Assembly (NCBI GenBank): GCA_027604505.1
Contig: JADIIX010000103.1
Coordinates: 1-64,000 of the forward strand
DNA length: 64,000 nucleotides
Direction of reading: 5' to 3'
Source: Gonapodya sp. JEL0774
Lineage: Eukaryota
Under the pieces are notes generated by a model that was not told the origin of the DNA, made no database searches, and saw only the letters and a program-made list of their open reading frames with translations. Below, one piece after another: positions 27,931 through 40,329 of this stretch. How positions within the stretch are numbered: position 1 is the stretch's first letter; every line of letters starts with the position of its first letter. The position numbers were made by a program, and so were the translations under genes.

Positions 27931-30288
27931 TCATCGCCCGCTCGTTCTTGCCCCAGGAACCGCGTATCTGACGTTCTCTTTCCATCCTTCCTCCTGAATT
28001 GGACCTAGATCGGCCTCTCCTTCCCAATCGCCTTGAACTCTCACTCGTGAGCTCCCTGCTTCCCTGGCAGCCATAAGCCTGGAGAGCGTCGGGGATTGAT
28101 TTAAGCCACCCCGAGTCGAAGATGTTTGTCGGAATTTAGATGGTGTGCTATTGCTCGCGAACGGGTTGTATTCCTGTTGAGTTTGGGGAGCGTCCGCTAC
28201 ATATTCCGTCTGTCCTTGTCGTCCAGCACGGATCTCAGAGCGGAGCCAGCCAGGCGTCTCCGGCAACGATTGGAGTACTCGACGGGTATCGAGAGATCGT
28301 CGCTCCTCGTCTATCTCCGACCGTTCTCGCTTCGTTCCGAAAGTTCATCATTAATGCTCACTTGCGAATGCTATAATTGATCGTCTGACCAACCTGTAAT
28401 GCTGCTCTCTCTTTTCCCATTCGTATTGCCGCTTCCGTGAATTTCTTTCGATCTTCTTCTAGACGCCGTCGCTCATCCTCCAGGGACTCGGCAATGCGAG
28501 CTAACTCTGAGGTAGATCTTTTATCAGAAGTGCCAGTCCGAATATCCGATATGTTAGGGAGGTGGGGTTTTTTGAGAATCTGGCAAGACCAGTTGGGGAA
28601 CTCATTCGCTCACATGCGCTCTGCTTCTTCACCGTCCCCACCTTCATCCATTCTTCTCGCCAGGTTTACCTCCAGCAGTTTAGCTTGCTCATCCAACATT
28701 CTCTTATACGCAGCTTCATGGTAATCAAAGATGACTGGTCAGCTTCACAATATGAGAATCTCATTTTTGCTCTTTCCCTTCACCTACCTGCCTCCTCTTC
28801 TACCTCATTGACCCTAGCCTCCCAGTTCTGTCTCTCTCGTTCCCACAACTCTTCTCGATCCGTCGCTCTACGTGCCAGCTCTCGGGCATCAGTAACTTCC
28901 ATCTTCCACCCGTCTACGGCTTCCTTGCAGCGCTCTGCCATTGCTCCAACAGCATCCTCCACACCTGCTTCAGATTCCGAATCAAAGGGCACCATAAGTC
29001 GAAGAAGTTCCTGGAGACCGTGTCGAGGTGAAGCGAGGTCGAGCGGTGGGAGTTCAAGCGGGTCAGCAGGGGGGTCTGTGGTCAGGTCGACACCAGAGGC
29101 ACCTAGTGCAGTGAGAAAATGCTCGGAAATACCACGCATTCGCTCATAGGCGGAGTAGTAGGAGCGGCGAAGACGGAGATTCTCATCCAAGAGGTCGCGC
29201 TCCCGGATATTGTGGGAGGAAAGTACGACATGATATAGGTCGTCTTCGCGCTTTAATTGGAAGAGAACACTGATTGTCAGTTCAAAGCGCATCATATGTA
29301 ACCGTCCGTACATTCTTCGACCTGTACACGAACTTGCACGCACGTTTTCACCAACTCGGGCGAATGGTTTTCGCTCCCCCCGAATAGCATTGATACACGT
29401 CATTGATCCTTTCTTAGCTTGTTTGTCTGCCACGATCTTATTGAGCTTCTCGCGAAGTCTGTCCTGCTCCTTCAGCTCTCGCTTTAACTCGTGTTGGCAT
29501 TGAGCTCGGACCTGTTGGGCGGCAGCACGAGCCTGCTTAACTTCATCGCGAAGAAGATTCAATTGTGAATTTGCGGCATTAAGGGATTTGAGTGTAACTC
29601 TATGCGAGTCGTCAGGATGGTTGCAAAATGCGAAAGATGTAGAGAGAACTTACGTGAGGCGGGAGTTGAGAGAGTCAACTTCTCTTTCGGATGTTTCGAG
29701 CTTCGTCTTCGTTTTATTCTGATTACGTGAAGAGTAGCTCGATTAAGACTGGAGCTGTAGCAGCTTGAAAGCAGGGGCGACTAACTCACGAGGGCAGAGA
29801 CGGTTTGGTCGTGGTCGTACTGTAATCTTCGCAAACGCTCCTGCAATTCGTCCTGGACGGCAATGTCTCGCTGTGAGAGGGTCCGCAACAACACAAATCT
29901 CAATGCCAAATCGCTTATCATGCAGCTCTCGCCAGCAGTCTCAACAGCGGTCATACCTGTCTCTGTTGCAGCATGGCAAAAATGCAGTTGATGGTTCTTA
30001 GGGTATCCTCCCGGGGAACGTCCTGTCGGAATAACTTCAGTGGGGATGGGAATCCAAGACTGGACAGCTCTCTATTGAGAAAGTCGCATGTTGCTCGCAA
30101 ATTCTCTGCGTTTTTGGAGCTGAGCAGTCGATCATGTGTAGGATTGGAGGAATTGAGCGATCCAGGCGGCAACCAAAGAGGGGAAGCGGCGAGGTGAGTT
30201 GGAGTGATTCGGGGTTATGAGCGGCTCTGGAAACTCACTCAAGCCCCGATCCGGCACCAGTTGCTTCATCGTCCGTGTTAGAGAGCAT
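27931..30288 (-). CDS. Afadin/alpha-actinin-binding coiled-coil protein (SSX2IP/ADIP/Msd1 family)
   Basis: ENLRATCDFLNRELSSLGFPSPL...INCIFAMLQQRQ, QCQHELKRELKEQDRLREKL; long coiled coil. Confidence 0.8.
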
Positions 30289-30623
30289 TTGGAAGACGTG
30301 TACGACTGGGGGCTTTGCTTCCTTTTTGGACAGGGTTCAACTACTTGTGCCAGTAATTTGGTATGCACGTTTGCCCACCTTCGCTGCTAATATCCACCGA
30401 CAACTATTCTTTTATGTAGTAGGTTGCTGAACACAGGATGGGAGTGAAGTAATTTGCAAGTGTGTTTTGGTACCCCACCAAGGATTGCCCGAAGTAACCC
30501 TGCGCAGGGAAACCTGATTTCAAGATTCATTCCCTCCATCATCCCGCCCACGAGCTCAAACGCGTTGAAACCATCGCGCCTAGATCACTTCGAGTCCTTT
30601 TCTCCTTTCATTTGCTTCTAGCG

Positions 30624-33600
30624 ATGGCCCCCTGTCGCGTGCTGGCTCTTTTGTTCATCGTTCCAATTCTTTTTCCGCATCTCGTCATTTTCGTGAAAGC
30701 ATTCTCCAGCGGTAGTCCGTGCTCAGCTGATGCAATCAGCATCGCCGCATCAGCTCATGGAGCTTCTGTTGCTGGTGGAAACGGCGGCTACGCGCTCTCT
30801 GTCGCTCAGAAGTCAAATCCCGGCGCGGTTCCAGAACAGTATCTCATCAGTCTTTCGGGAATCAATCCAATAAAAGGACTGCTAATATACACGAGCAATT
30901 CAGATGGCACACGCATTGGTAGTTTCGGAACGAAATCGTTTTTGCAGACTCTCTCTAGTTGCGGTGGATCAGGAATGAATACGCTGACTCACAAGAACAG
31001 CGCAGCCAAACAGGCCAATATGAGCTTGACATGGCTAGCTGATGCACAATTTACTTCAAGTGAGGATTTAAAACTTAATCTAAGCACAATTTACGATTCC
31101 CGACAACTACTCATGGCGATGTTGGTCAATTCAAAGCCGGCCCTGTCACCATCAACGCCATCGGTGAGTAATTCTACAGTAATGTGTTGGCGCCATATTA
31201 TAATCCGATCATCACACCAAAGTCATGTTGAGCACTAATGAATGGTACATCCTCGACAGCCTCACATTCATTGGAGGGTGAGTAAGAAAAGAATAACGAT
31301 ACTCCGCAACTATGAGCTCATACATCTATGTGTAAGTGGATCACCCTTAACGACCACTGCAGCTGTGGTCGGAATTCCTTCAAATGAACCCATATCAGTT
31401 GCCCAAGTTACGCCAACAGATGTCAGGACAATCCACTTTACAAACACTAATATCAACTCAATATCAACAATCTCAGGAAGCTTCCGCACTACACAAAAAC
31501 GTGCGATTCAAACTCGAACAACAAAATCACGTACCAGCTTCCCCATCTCCACCACCTCCACCACGACTTTCACCACGAAGGTCACAACTATTCCGAGGTA
31601 GGAACTAATTTCCATTCGTACGGCACCAGTTCTTCTCGCTTACAAATATTACTTTTCTTAATAGCGTCTCGAACGTTCGCGCCCTTTATGGGCTCGACGT
31701 GTCATGCAAGGCGACGCATTCGGTACTTCCAGGAGATACGTGTTATGCGTTGGGCCTTGCAAACAGCATCAGCGTTCAAGGGCTTCTGACCCTAAATTCG
31801 AAGTTAAATTGTGACAACCTGCCGATTGACGGAGTACGTGAACCCATCTGGGCATGTCCTCTACTTTATTTCAAATCCTCGAAAATTGCAGGAACTTTGC
31901 CTCTTAGGAATAAATCTCAACTGTACTAGCTCATATGTGGTTCAAGAGGGTGACTCGTGTGAAATGATTGCACAATCTGCCGGCATCTCTTTCGACGACC
32001 TAGTGCAACTCAACTCAGATCTTGACTGCGAAGACTTCTACATTGGGGATGTGAGTGATGGAGTGCCCCAGCTTCTGGAGGACTTGAGCTGAGCGCGCTA
32101 ACCGTGCTCGCCCATTTCAGGTCTTATGTCTCGAGTATGGAACCTCCGTTTCAGACAATCGCCTGAAAACAACCGGCACATCTACGACGTATCCCAACCT
32201 ACCTGCCCCAACCACCACAGTGACTCAGATTGCTTCATCTCTCGCCCCAGTGGACCAGATCTGCATCTCACCATATACTGTTGTCGCCGGCGATAGCTGT
32301 TTCATCATTGCCCAAAAGAACTCGATCACACCTGAGCTTCTCGTAGCTCTTAATCCAGCATTGAATTGCTCAGATTTTTACATCGATGATGTGGGTCAAA
32401 ACGTTGTGTTGGGAGCCACTTTTAGATAATTGATTGCTCGATCACTCCCATGCACGTTGTTGTTCAGGTTCTCTGTATCAAATACTCGAGCGGTAATCCG
32501 ACAACATTGCAACTTAGCCCTACGTCACTTTTGACATCGGCTGCGACTCGTTTAACCACCAGGACGACGGCAACCTTGTCAACTACTCGAACCTTCATTG
32601 CCTCCACTACGAGAACCACAGCTGGCAAAATAACAATCACTTCAACCACGTCATTGGTGTTTCAGCCGTCCCAACCTACCGCGACTGCATGCGGGAAGCT
32701 CTATGTCGTGGTGGTCGGGGATTCGTGTCCGTTGATAGCATCAAAGAATGGCATCAGTGTGGACCAATTGATGCTCCTGAATCCGACGCTGGACTGCTCT
32801 GATTTCTACGTCGATGACGTGAGTATGAGCACAAACAGTAGTGTTTTAGCGTGTTTAAGTTCAGCATATAATTTCATCACAGGAACTCTGTGTGGTCATT
32901 GGAAGGTCGTCATTAACAATGACGTCTCAACTCAGGACTTCGACCGGTGGAGCAGATATCACTTCAACAGCCTTCTCGACAACTACACTATTACCTACTA
33001 TTTGCACTAATACCTACATGGTGATGGAAGGAGACTCCTGTGGATCGATCGCGACGAAATACTCACTCACAGTGGATCAACTCACTAACTTTAATCCTGC
33101 TCTCAACTGTAGCGACTTTTATGTCGGTGATGTGAGTTTGAGAAGCTGCAGATTATTAGTCTTGAAATACTGATGCCAAATTTCGATGTGCAACAGATAT
33201 TATGTGTGACTCAGTCCCGGTCCACAAACAGTGTTTGCACGGCGAATTACATTGTGCAAGACGGAGACTTCTGCGATCTAATTGCCAGCAAGAATGGTAT
33301 TAGCCTTGATCAGCTGCAACAGTGGAATCCGCTGCTCGATTGCGCGGTATTCTATGTGGACGATGTGAGGTTCTAATACAGGCAACGATGGCCTTCTTGT
33401 GGCTCACAGTCCGTCTTAGGTTCTATGCGTTCGCCTTGGCATCGCCACGACAACTGCTCGATTCACCACTGCTACTCCAGCCCCAACAACAACCGCTCGA
33501 TTCACTACTGCTTCTCCAGTCCCAACAACAAGAGCGAGATGCGCTTCGACCAAAACAATTGTCACCGGTGATCTCTGCTATACTATCGCAGCCTCGTTTG

Positions 33601-35147
33601 GTGTTTCTGTGGATTCGTTGTTGTCTGCAAATCCAAGTGTATCCTGCGATAGCCTCCAAATTGGACAGGTATGGGGGAGTGAACTCATGTGCTCACCTAG
33701 AGTACAAGAAATTCACGATAACCACTGAAACAGGCAATATGCATCCCCTTCACTGGACCGGTCGTTGCTATTACAACAACTCGCCTCTCCACCACCACCA
33801 CCCCCAGAACTGTCACATCTACACCTACGACTTGCCAACCGGTGACGGTCACTATGACAGCCACTACGACCGTGGCATTAACTGTGACAGTCACTGCGAC
33901 AGTGTCGGCATCCCGAACAGCGTCTTCCCCGGAATGTTCTACCTACAAAACAGTTCTGGCAGGAGATATCTGCTACACGATTGCTCTTCAATACGGGCTA
34001 TCGCTGCAACAGCTCATCAATTTGAACCCTGGGCTGTCTTGTAGTGGCTTGCAGATTGGGCAGGTGAATTGCTTGTCTACCCGTTGATCTCCAACAGCTC
34101 CTCAGTCCATTTGGCTGTCGGTAGGCTCTCTGTGTCGTGGGAGGTTGTCAAAATCGCTATACTGTCAAAGCCGGCGATTACTGCTACGCCATAGCTCAAT
34201 CACAAGGGATTTCAGTGAGCCAACTCCTGGGCGTTAATCCTGGGCTCGACTGTTCGAACTTGCAAATCGGAACGGTGAGTCATCTGGCACACTAGCACGA
34301 GTCAATTCTTGTTTACTTATTAAATTTTTTACTGCTTGCTTAGAGTATGTGCATCCCAAGCACGAATTTGATCGGAGCTGCGTCAGCTGCGTCCGTTTCC
34401 ACTGACTCCCTCACGCCAGTGCTCGCAAGCGCCTCAAATTGCACGATATCCTACATTGTGTTGGATTCTCAAACCTGTACCGACATTCTTTCCGTCTTTA
34501 GCAACATGTCCATTGATCAGCTCGCGTCTTATAATCCGGGTTTGGACTGTCCCACTGTTCAACCTGGTGACGTGAGTCGCAGCCATGCTTTTTTCTCCGT
34601 TCAATCCGCGCCAGCTGATTTACTTTTCTGGTCTAAGGTGCTCTGCGCCCCATGGAATGCAACCACGTGCACCAAAACTGACACAATACAAAATGGGGAT
34701 TCTTGTGACTCTATTTCCAGCCGCAACAGCATATCTAGACTGCATTTCGAAAGCTTAAATTCGCTCATTGACTGTAGTGATCTTTTTGCCGGCGATGTGA
34801 GTTGGGTTGACCTGACTTTCCCATGTTGAACGACCCCAATGCCTCATACGAATATTCAGACCACTTGTGTATCAAACACGTCATCCTTCGGTCTCACAAC
34901 ATCGAAAGCAATCACGCCGACATTGAAAGTTGAATTAAGTTCTTCCTCAATAACAGAACGCCACTCTGACCTTGCGATGAAGAGCGCAGCGCCGAGGACA
35001 TGTTCACAATCAACGCAAAGTGAAGTAACGCATGTGACTGGAATGTGGGAGAATCGGGATAGGTGGCAGCCCAACTTGGCTCGTCGTCAGCGACGTGCTT
35101 TGAAAAGCAAGCGCTCGGAGATTCTCGCGCGACCTCGCCTGGGCTAA
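30624..35147 (+). CDS. Secreted protein: signal peptide + Reeler-like domain + Thr-rich linkers + 11 fungal-type (Cys-containing) LysM domains
   Basis: Hydrophobic N-terminus ending VKA/FSSGSPC. Reeler-like: IKGLLIY..RIGSF..C..TLTHKNS.K..LTW. Eleven repeats of C-x3-Y-x-V-x2-GDxC-x2-IA...LNP.L.C..L/F..G/D|x-L-C between 31700 and 34870. Confidence 0.88.
33455..33532 (+). repeat. 39-bp tandem duplication in the Thr-rich linker (TARFTTATPAPTT / TARFTTASPVPTT)
   Basis: ctgctcgattcaccactgctactccagccccaacaacaa followed by ccgctcgattcactactgcttctccagtcccaacaacaa. Confidence 0.8.
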
Positions 35148-35473
35148 ACAGGAGAAAGCAAACATTGCGTACTTAAGGACATTCCGTGACTTGAATTTCC
35201 CGTCGTGACCATGATTAACGGTAGAGACAAACCTGCTCTGATGTTGAATGTGTGAGTGGTGCAATCGGACTACTTGTTGGGGACTTCGTATCCGTTAGAC
35301 TACATATCGTACTTACATAGTTTAGATTTAGTAGAATAGCCAGACTTTATTTTAATAAAACGGTAATATCAAGCACACGGATAAATTAATTGCGTATTCA
35401 GAAAGGGCAACGTTTCGATAAGTGTGAAGGAAATGGAGTTTTGAGCGCATTCATAGTCCGCTTCTCGACACCG

Positions 35474-36161
35474 ATGATGTCCGCCGTACCTGCAATATAT
35501 CCTCTTGTCACGTTTGACGCTCTCTCGAAACTCCGTGTCCTAGATCCAGAAGCATTCGACTCGTCAGAAGCAGTCGCGGACGCCGCCGCCGCATTCGATA
35601 AAGTTGAGCTGAGCCATCCCCCCCCGACCTGGATGATTAGCAAACTATACGATGGGAGTCTAACTAAGGACAATCTGCCGCGCGCTGGTGGGATTTGGAC
35701 CGGTATTCCTTTCTCCCTGTTTAGACATCGAGTCCTTTCGCGCCGCTGCTAGCGATGTCATTGGGGCGCTTGAACAACGGGCTTCGAACATCGAGCAACT
35801 ACGTCAAAAAGTGGGTTTCTTGACGGAGCTTGATGCTTCGTTGTGGAACAATTGTTTTTTAAGGGGTGGATGGAAGGTGGTTTATTGCTTTCCTCTTCAA
35901 GGCTACAGGCGTACGTCTTCTAGTCGCTCGAGAGCGCGAATTACGTGCTAGCAAAGTCCGCGCTATCGAAGCTATCTTAAAGGAGCGGAAGGGAGAACTG
36001 GATCGGTGCGTGCAGTCTTTAGTTCTCAAAAGGAGATCCAGAGCTGGACAATATCTACCTTCCTCATATTGCTTCAATGTAGACTTGTCGCACTCTCAGA
36101 TTCTCTATACAAGTTAGAGGGGGAGCAACGAGAAACTCTGGATCACATGATGTCTCGATGA
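35474..36161 (+). CDS. IFT20: Intraflagellar transport protein 20
   Basis: FDALSKLRVLDPE, IEQLRQK|ATGVR, ILKERKGELDR|LVALSDSLYKLEGEQRE; 4 exons, ~135 aa. Confidence 0.88.
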
Positions 36162-36328
36162 TGAACGCATCACCATCTTAAAATGCTTGGTCACTCAATT
36201 GTTCATTCGCGTGTGATATATGTTTTGTAGGATATTATTACAGGTCATGTTTTCCAAACGTTTTGTGAAGAGGGGATAATATGCATTGAGTGGGTTGTGT
36301 CATGATCGTCCTCCCACATCCTCCAGGA

Positions 36329-39272
36329 ATGAACAGCGACGACGACGAGGCAGTAAACGAGAGCGAAGATATCCTTAACACTCTCCGTGACGCCAATGAG
36401 GCTCGCTTTGAAAAGAGGAGGCGCGAAGACAGACGCGAAATGGACGATTTCTTGCGCTTCGAACAAGAAGTTTTGGTTGAAAATCACAATGCCGATGAGA
36501 GCACGATATTTGATGGCAATCTAGATGCAAAAATAAAGGACTCTTGGAATGCACGGGAGGGACAGGGACTGACAGGAGTGATGGCGGCGAAGTCGGAATC
36601 GCATCGCGAGGCTGATACAGTGCAACAACTCGAAGCCGAACGCTTTGGTGATGATCACAGAGAGGACATTGAATCGCATAGACGTTTTTCCTCCACGCAA
36701 ACCGTCCTTCGCGGGCCTCGGATTCCTGTCAGAACAACAATTGCGTCAAGGGACAGGCTCCGTTTGCTTCCATCCGAGGCATCACAAGCTACCTCGAGCA
36801 CCAATGATACCGTTGTAGACTGGAATGAACATGTCGGACACATGCCATCGCGTGCAGCTGATGTTGAGGCTGTACTGAACGAACTTGTAATGGAAGGTGG
36901 GTGATGTGACTGATCACAGTTCGAGGTTATGAGACCAATCGCTGGTGTCTCCAGCGTGCAGAGAGTGAACTCAAGTATTTTGTGAGGAGAATCGTGGTGA
37001 TCCATTATCTGGTGTATGATAACGTTCAAATGTACTACCTTTCCTCGCCTCCAGATGCGCGTCATCGCACTCCTCGTTCCGAATTTACCATAGCAAACCT
37101 CAACAGCGGGTCGTCCGAGCTTGTTCAATCCCAAGTTGATGCAGTCGACGATCCGAACCCTGCCTCAATCTCTCCTATTTCATCCAGTCGACGTTCAACC
37201 AACTCACCACCTCCACAACCTTCCAAGTACCTCACGTCACTATTTCCTGGCTTAGCCAAGGAGAACCAGAGACGAGCTGCGGCTACGGATGCTGTTGTCA
37301 CCGCAGCACAGGAGATACCGACTCCCGCAGGACCTGCTCCTGCTGTCCGCTCTCGTCCCGGGAGCACAGGCTCTGTTTCAGGAAGCTCTCTACTGACAGC
37401 TACCGGCTCAGCAGTGAAAGGGCTTACTGTTGTCCCACCTCTTCCTGATTTGGACCGGATGGATGACTCGTCGGTTGCTGTGTACGTTGCCGCAAAAGTT
37501 GAGGTCAGTTGGGATGAAGGAGGATACTGAATCACTGGCGTCGCTGTTCCAGCCTTCTCTGATTTGTGGCTACCTTACTAATCGGACGTTTAATCAGGAG
37601 CTTCGTCGTGAGATTGCTCGATACAAGCGCGCCGCAGAAGAAGCTGAGACTTTGCGAAAGGCAGCCGAGGATAGGGAAAAGGCCGCAAAAGATGAGGAAG
37701 TGCGTTTAGAATGTTTGCTACTTTTAGTTTCTTTTGCAGTGTCCTCTATGGTGGATTGACCCGCCGGTTTGATCTGCTGTCTAACCGTAACGTGCAGGTA
37801 TCGCTGCGCCGGCAGCGAGCTGAACTGGACGCCCAATTAGCGCAACTCGCCGCTCAACGTCGCGAATTCAAACGAGACAAGACAAAATGGGAGAAGCAGA
37901 AAGAAGCATCCGAAGTTCTTCCAACCAAAAAGTGTGTTGATAGTGCGTGCAACCCTATCGGCATTCCATCTGAACACATATGTTTCTGTTACATGAAGGG
38001 ATCGCTCTGAAATTGTCGCACTCCAGAATCAAATCACCCACCTCAACGCTGCGCTACAACAGGCGAAACTTCGTGCTTCCTTAGATAAAGACCGCCTAGA
38101 GCGCCGTATCGAAGACCTTACAAAACGTAACTCCGAGCTTGTTGATGAAGTGCGCTCTTTAGAGCGTGAGAGAGCAGGTTTCTTGGAGCGGGAAATGACT
38201 AGGACGGCAGTCTCGGCAAATCTACAACAGACTGCCAAATCAAGGGCGCATATTAATTCAAAGACATATTCACCTACAGTACCTAATGGGAGGAAGACCG
38301 GCGATGGCAGCAGTGCAGAAGTCACCGACTTTTCCCGCAGCCTGTCTGAGCCAAGGACTGCAGTGACGAAACGACCGTCTGTACCAGCTAGAGGCGGATT
38401 GAGCGTGGTGAAAGTGAGCCAGAAGCCACGAGCATCCGCATCAGAGCTGAGTGCAGCGGCACCGGCAGCCGAGGGCCGTGCAGGGATAGGACAATCGTCA
38501 GTGACTCAGTCCGCTTCCCAGCCACCGATGGTAGGACCTCCAGATTCTTCTTTAGTTAATTCAGACGTGACGGATCGGCTGGATGCTCTAGAACGGAATC
38601 TGAGCTTGTCCGCATCTTTCCAAGCAGAGTACGTGTTAGAAGGTGGCGGGATACGACGTACATACACGGATGGGACCTTGCTTGAGGCACGAAGAGGGGG
38701 CGTGGTAAAAGAAACATGGCGAGATGGGCGGATGGTGGTGAGGTATGGCAACGGGGACACACGCGAGGTCCGTTTCATCCTTCATGACTATCATTGGAGG
38801 GAGCTCATTAGGTTCCGACCTGCAGACTATCCCAGGTGATCGAGAGACATACACATACGCGGCAACACGAACTCAGGTGACAACGTACAAGGATGGCCTC
38901 CGCGTGTGCGTGTTTGAGAATGGTCAGACCGAATACCGATTTGGCGATGGAAGCGAATGCATTGTTTAGTAAGTCATGATGAAAGTTTGGGTACTTCTTT
39001 GCGGAAAGAAAATTAGCGTACCGTAACTTCTGTGTTTTCTCCCCCGTTCCCCTTATGTAGCACGGACGGGACGAAAAAGTTCATAGGAACAGATGGAGAA
39101 GTGGGTTGTGGAGCGAGTCGGTGGCGGCACTTCATATTCCTGACCAAAATTTTGTTCACTTCAATCCCTCATCTGACAACAGGAGGAGCTGGAGTACCCC
39201 GATGGAACCCGTGCTGGTCAGCTTGTACGCGGCCAAGCCGCTCAATGGGGAAATGAGCAAAGATTAAATTAG
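36329..39272 (+). CDS. CENPJ: Centriole protein SAS-4/CENPJ/CPAP with C-terminal TCP10 (G-box) domain
   Basis: N-terminal RREMDDFLRFEQEV; coiled coil (KWEKQK..LPTKK|DRSEI..DRLERRIEDL..NSELVDEVRSLE); G-box beta repeats YTDGT, YGNGDTRE, YTYAATRT, FENGQTE, YPDGT. Confidence 0.88.
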
Positions 39273-39387
39273 GTTAAAAAACATCTTGTCGTGTAAATAT
39301 GTATAGTTCGTATTATATTGGGTTTCCGCGTTAAGGTTCCGTAGTGCCTTCCTGCTCACTTTTGAAAGTGGAACATTGGGAAGAACA

Positions 39388-40008
39388 ATGGAAGTTCTTG
39401 AGGAGAAAAGCGCGCGACGTAAGTGTCACGCATGATGATGAGAAGTCGCGCTATTATCAATTGGACCATTTCCTTTGCGGGGTGCCGTCTTCTCACTCGA
39501 ACCCAGTGTGCGATTCAGAAGTGATCACACTCGTCCGCGAGTCGCAATCTGCTCGCCCGAAAGAAAAAAGGTCGCCTCGCATTAAGACCCAGTCAGAGCT
39601 TGCAACAGTGGAGCACCAGCTCATCACGTACTTCAAGGATCTGAACATGCCCTCCCTTAACCAGACAGCGGATCAAGTGCGCCATGTCCAGGCAGCGCTC
39701 AAGCCTTATAACCTTAAGCGGAATGAGCAGTTGCAGATTGTGAATTCTCGGCCATCCTTTCCTGTTGAGCTCGCAATTGTGAGTAGGTTGTTCCAGTGAA
39801 GTGAATGTAGTCCAATTTTGCTTGCTGGTACTCTTATTGGCTCTTTTGCTGATTGCACTGCTTGTCAGATGCTTTACTCACTCCGTATCATGTGATTCCC
39901 CAGCTTCTCGAAGACCCCGAGTTTCACGAGAACAATCTTGACGAAATGCTCGCCATCATCTCTGCGTCTCTCCCGTTAGCACCTATAAACCCGGCAACGA
40001 AGCGATAG
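39388..40008 (+). CDS. RPC17: RNA polymerase III subunit Rpc17/RPC9 (CRCP)
   Basis: MEVLE..., DSEVITLV, LATVEHQLITYF, YNLKRNEQLQIVNSRPSFPVEL, LLEDPE..DEMLAII. Confidence 0.8.
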
Positions 40009-40329
40009 CAGATCGGACGAAGCCCCCCCGCGCACGCTATATGCATCATCGTTTTGTGCATGTTCATTCACCCATATGACCTTGACACTAGAGTGTGAGA
40101 ATTGCTCTTTACTACACTATGTTGTGCTTCTGTTCGTCTTTAACAGAAGACACCCGTCTCCGTCACACATTTGTAATTGAATAAATTGATTGATGATTTG
40201 ATTTCATTTTCGCGACAATGCGAACAAAACAATTAAACTCATACCTACAACAAGCAACCGAATACAGGAGCGTTCCCATACACCGAACCTCTCCCCTCGG
40301 CGGCGTCGGATCCCAATCACGATGAAGCA

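Noticed and set aside
31699..34870. Regularly spaced repeats as a CRISPR-like array
   Set aside because: They are diverged protein-coding LysM exons with spliceosomal introns in a eukaryote
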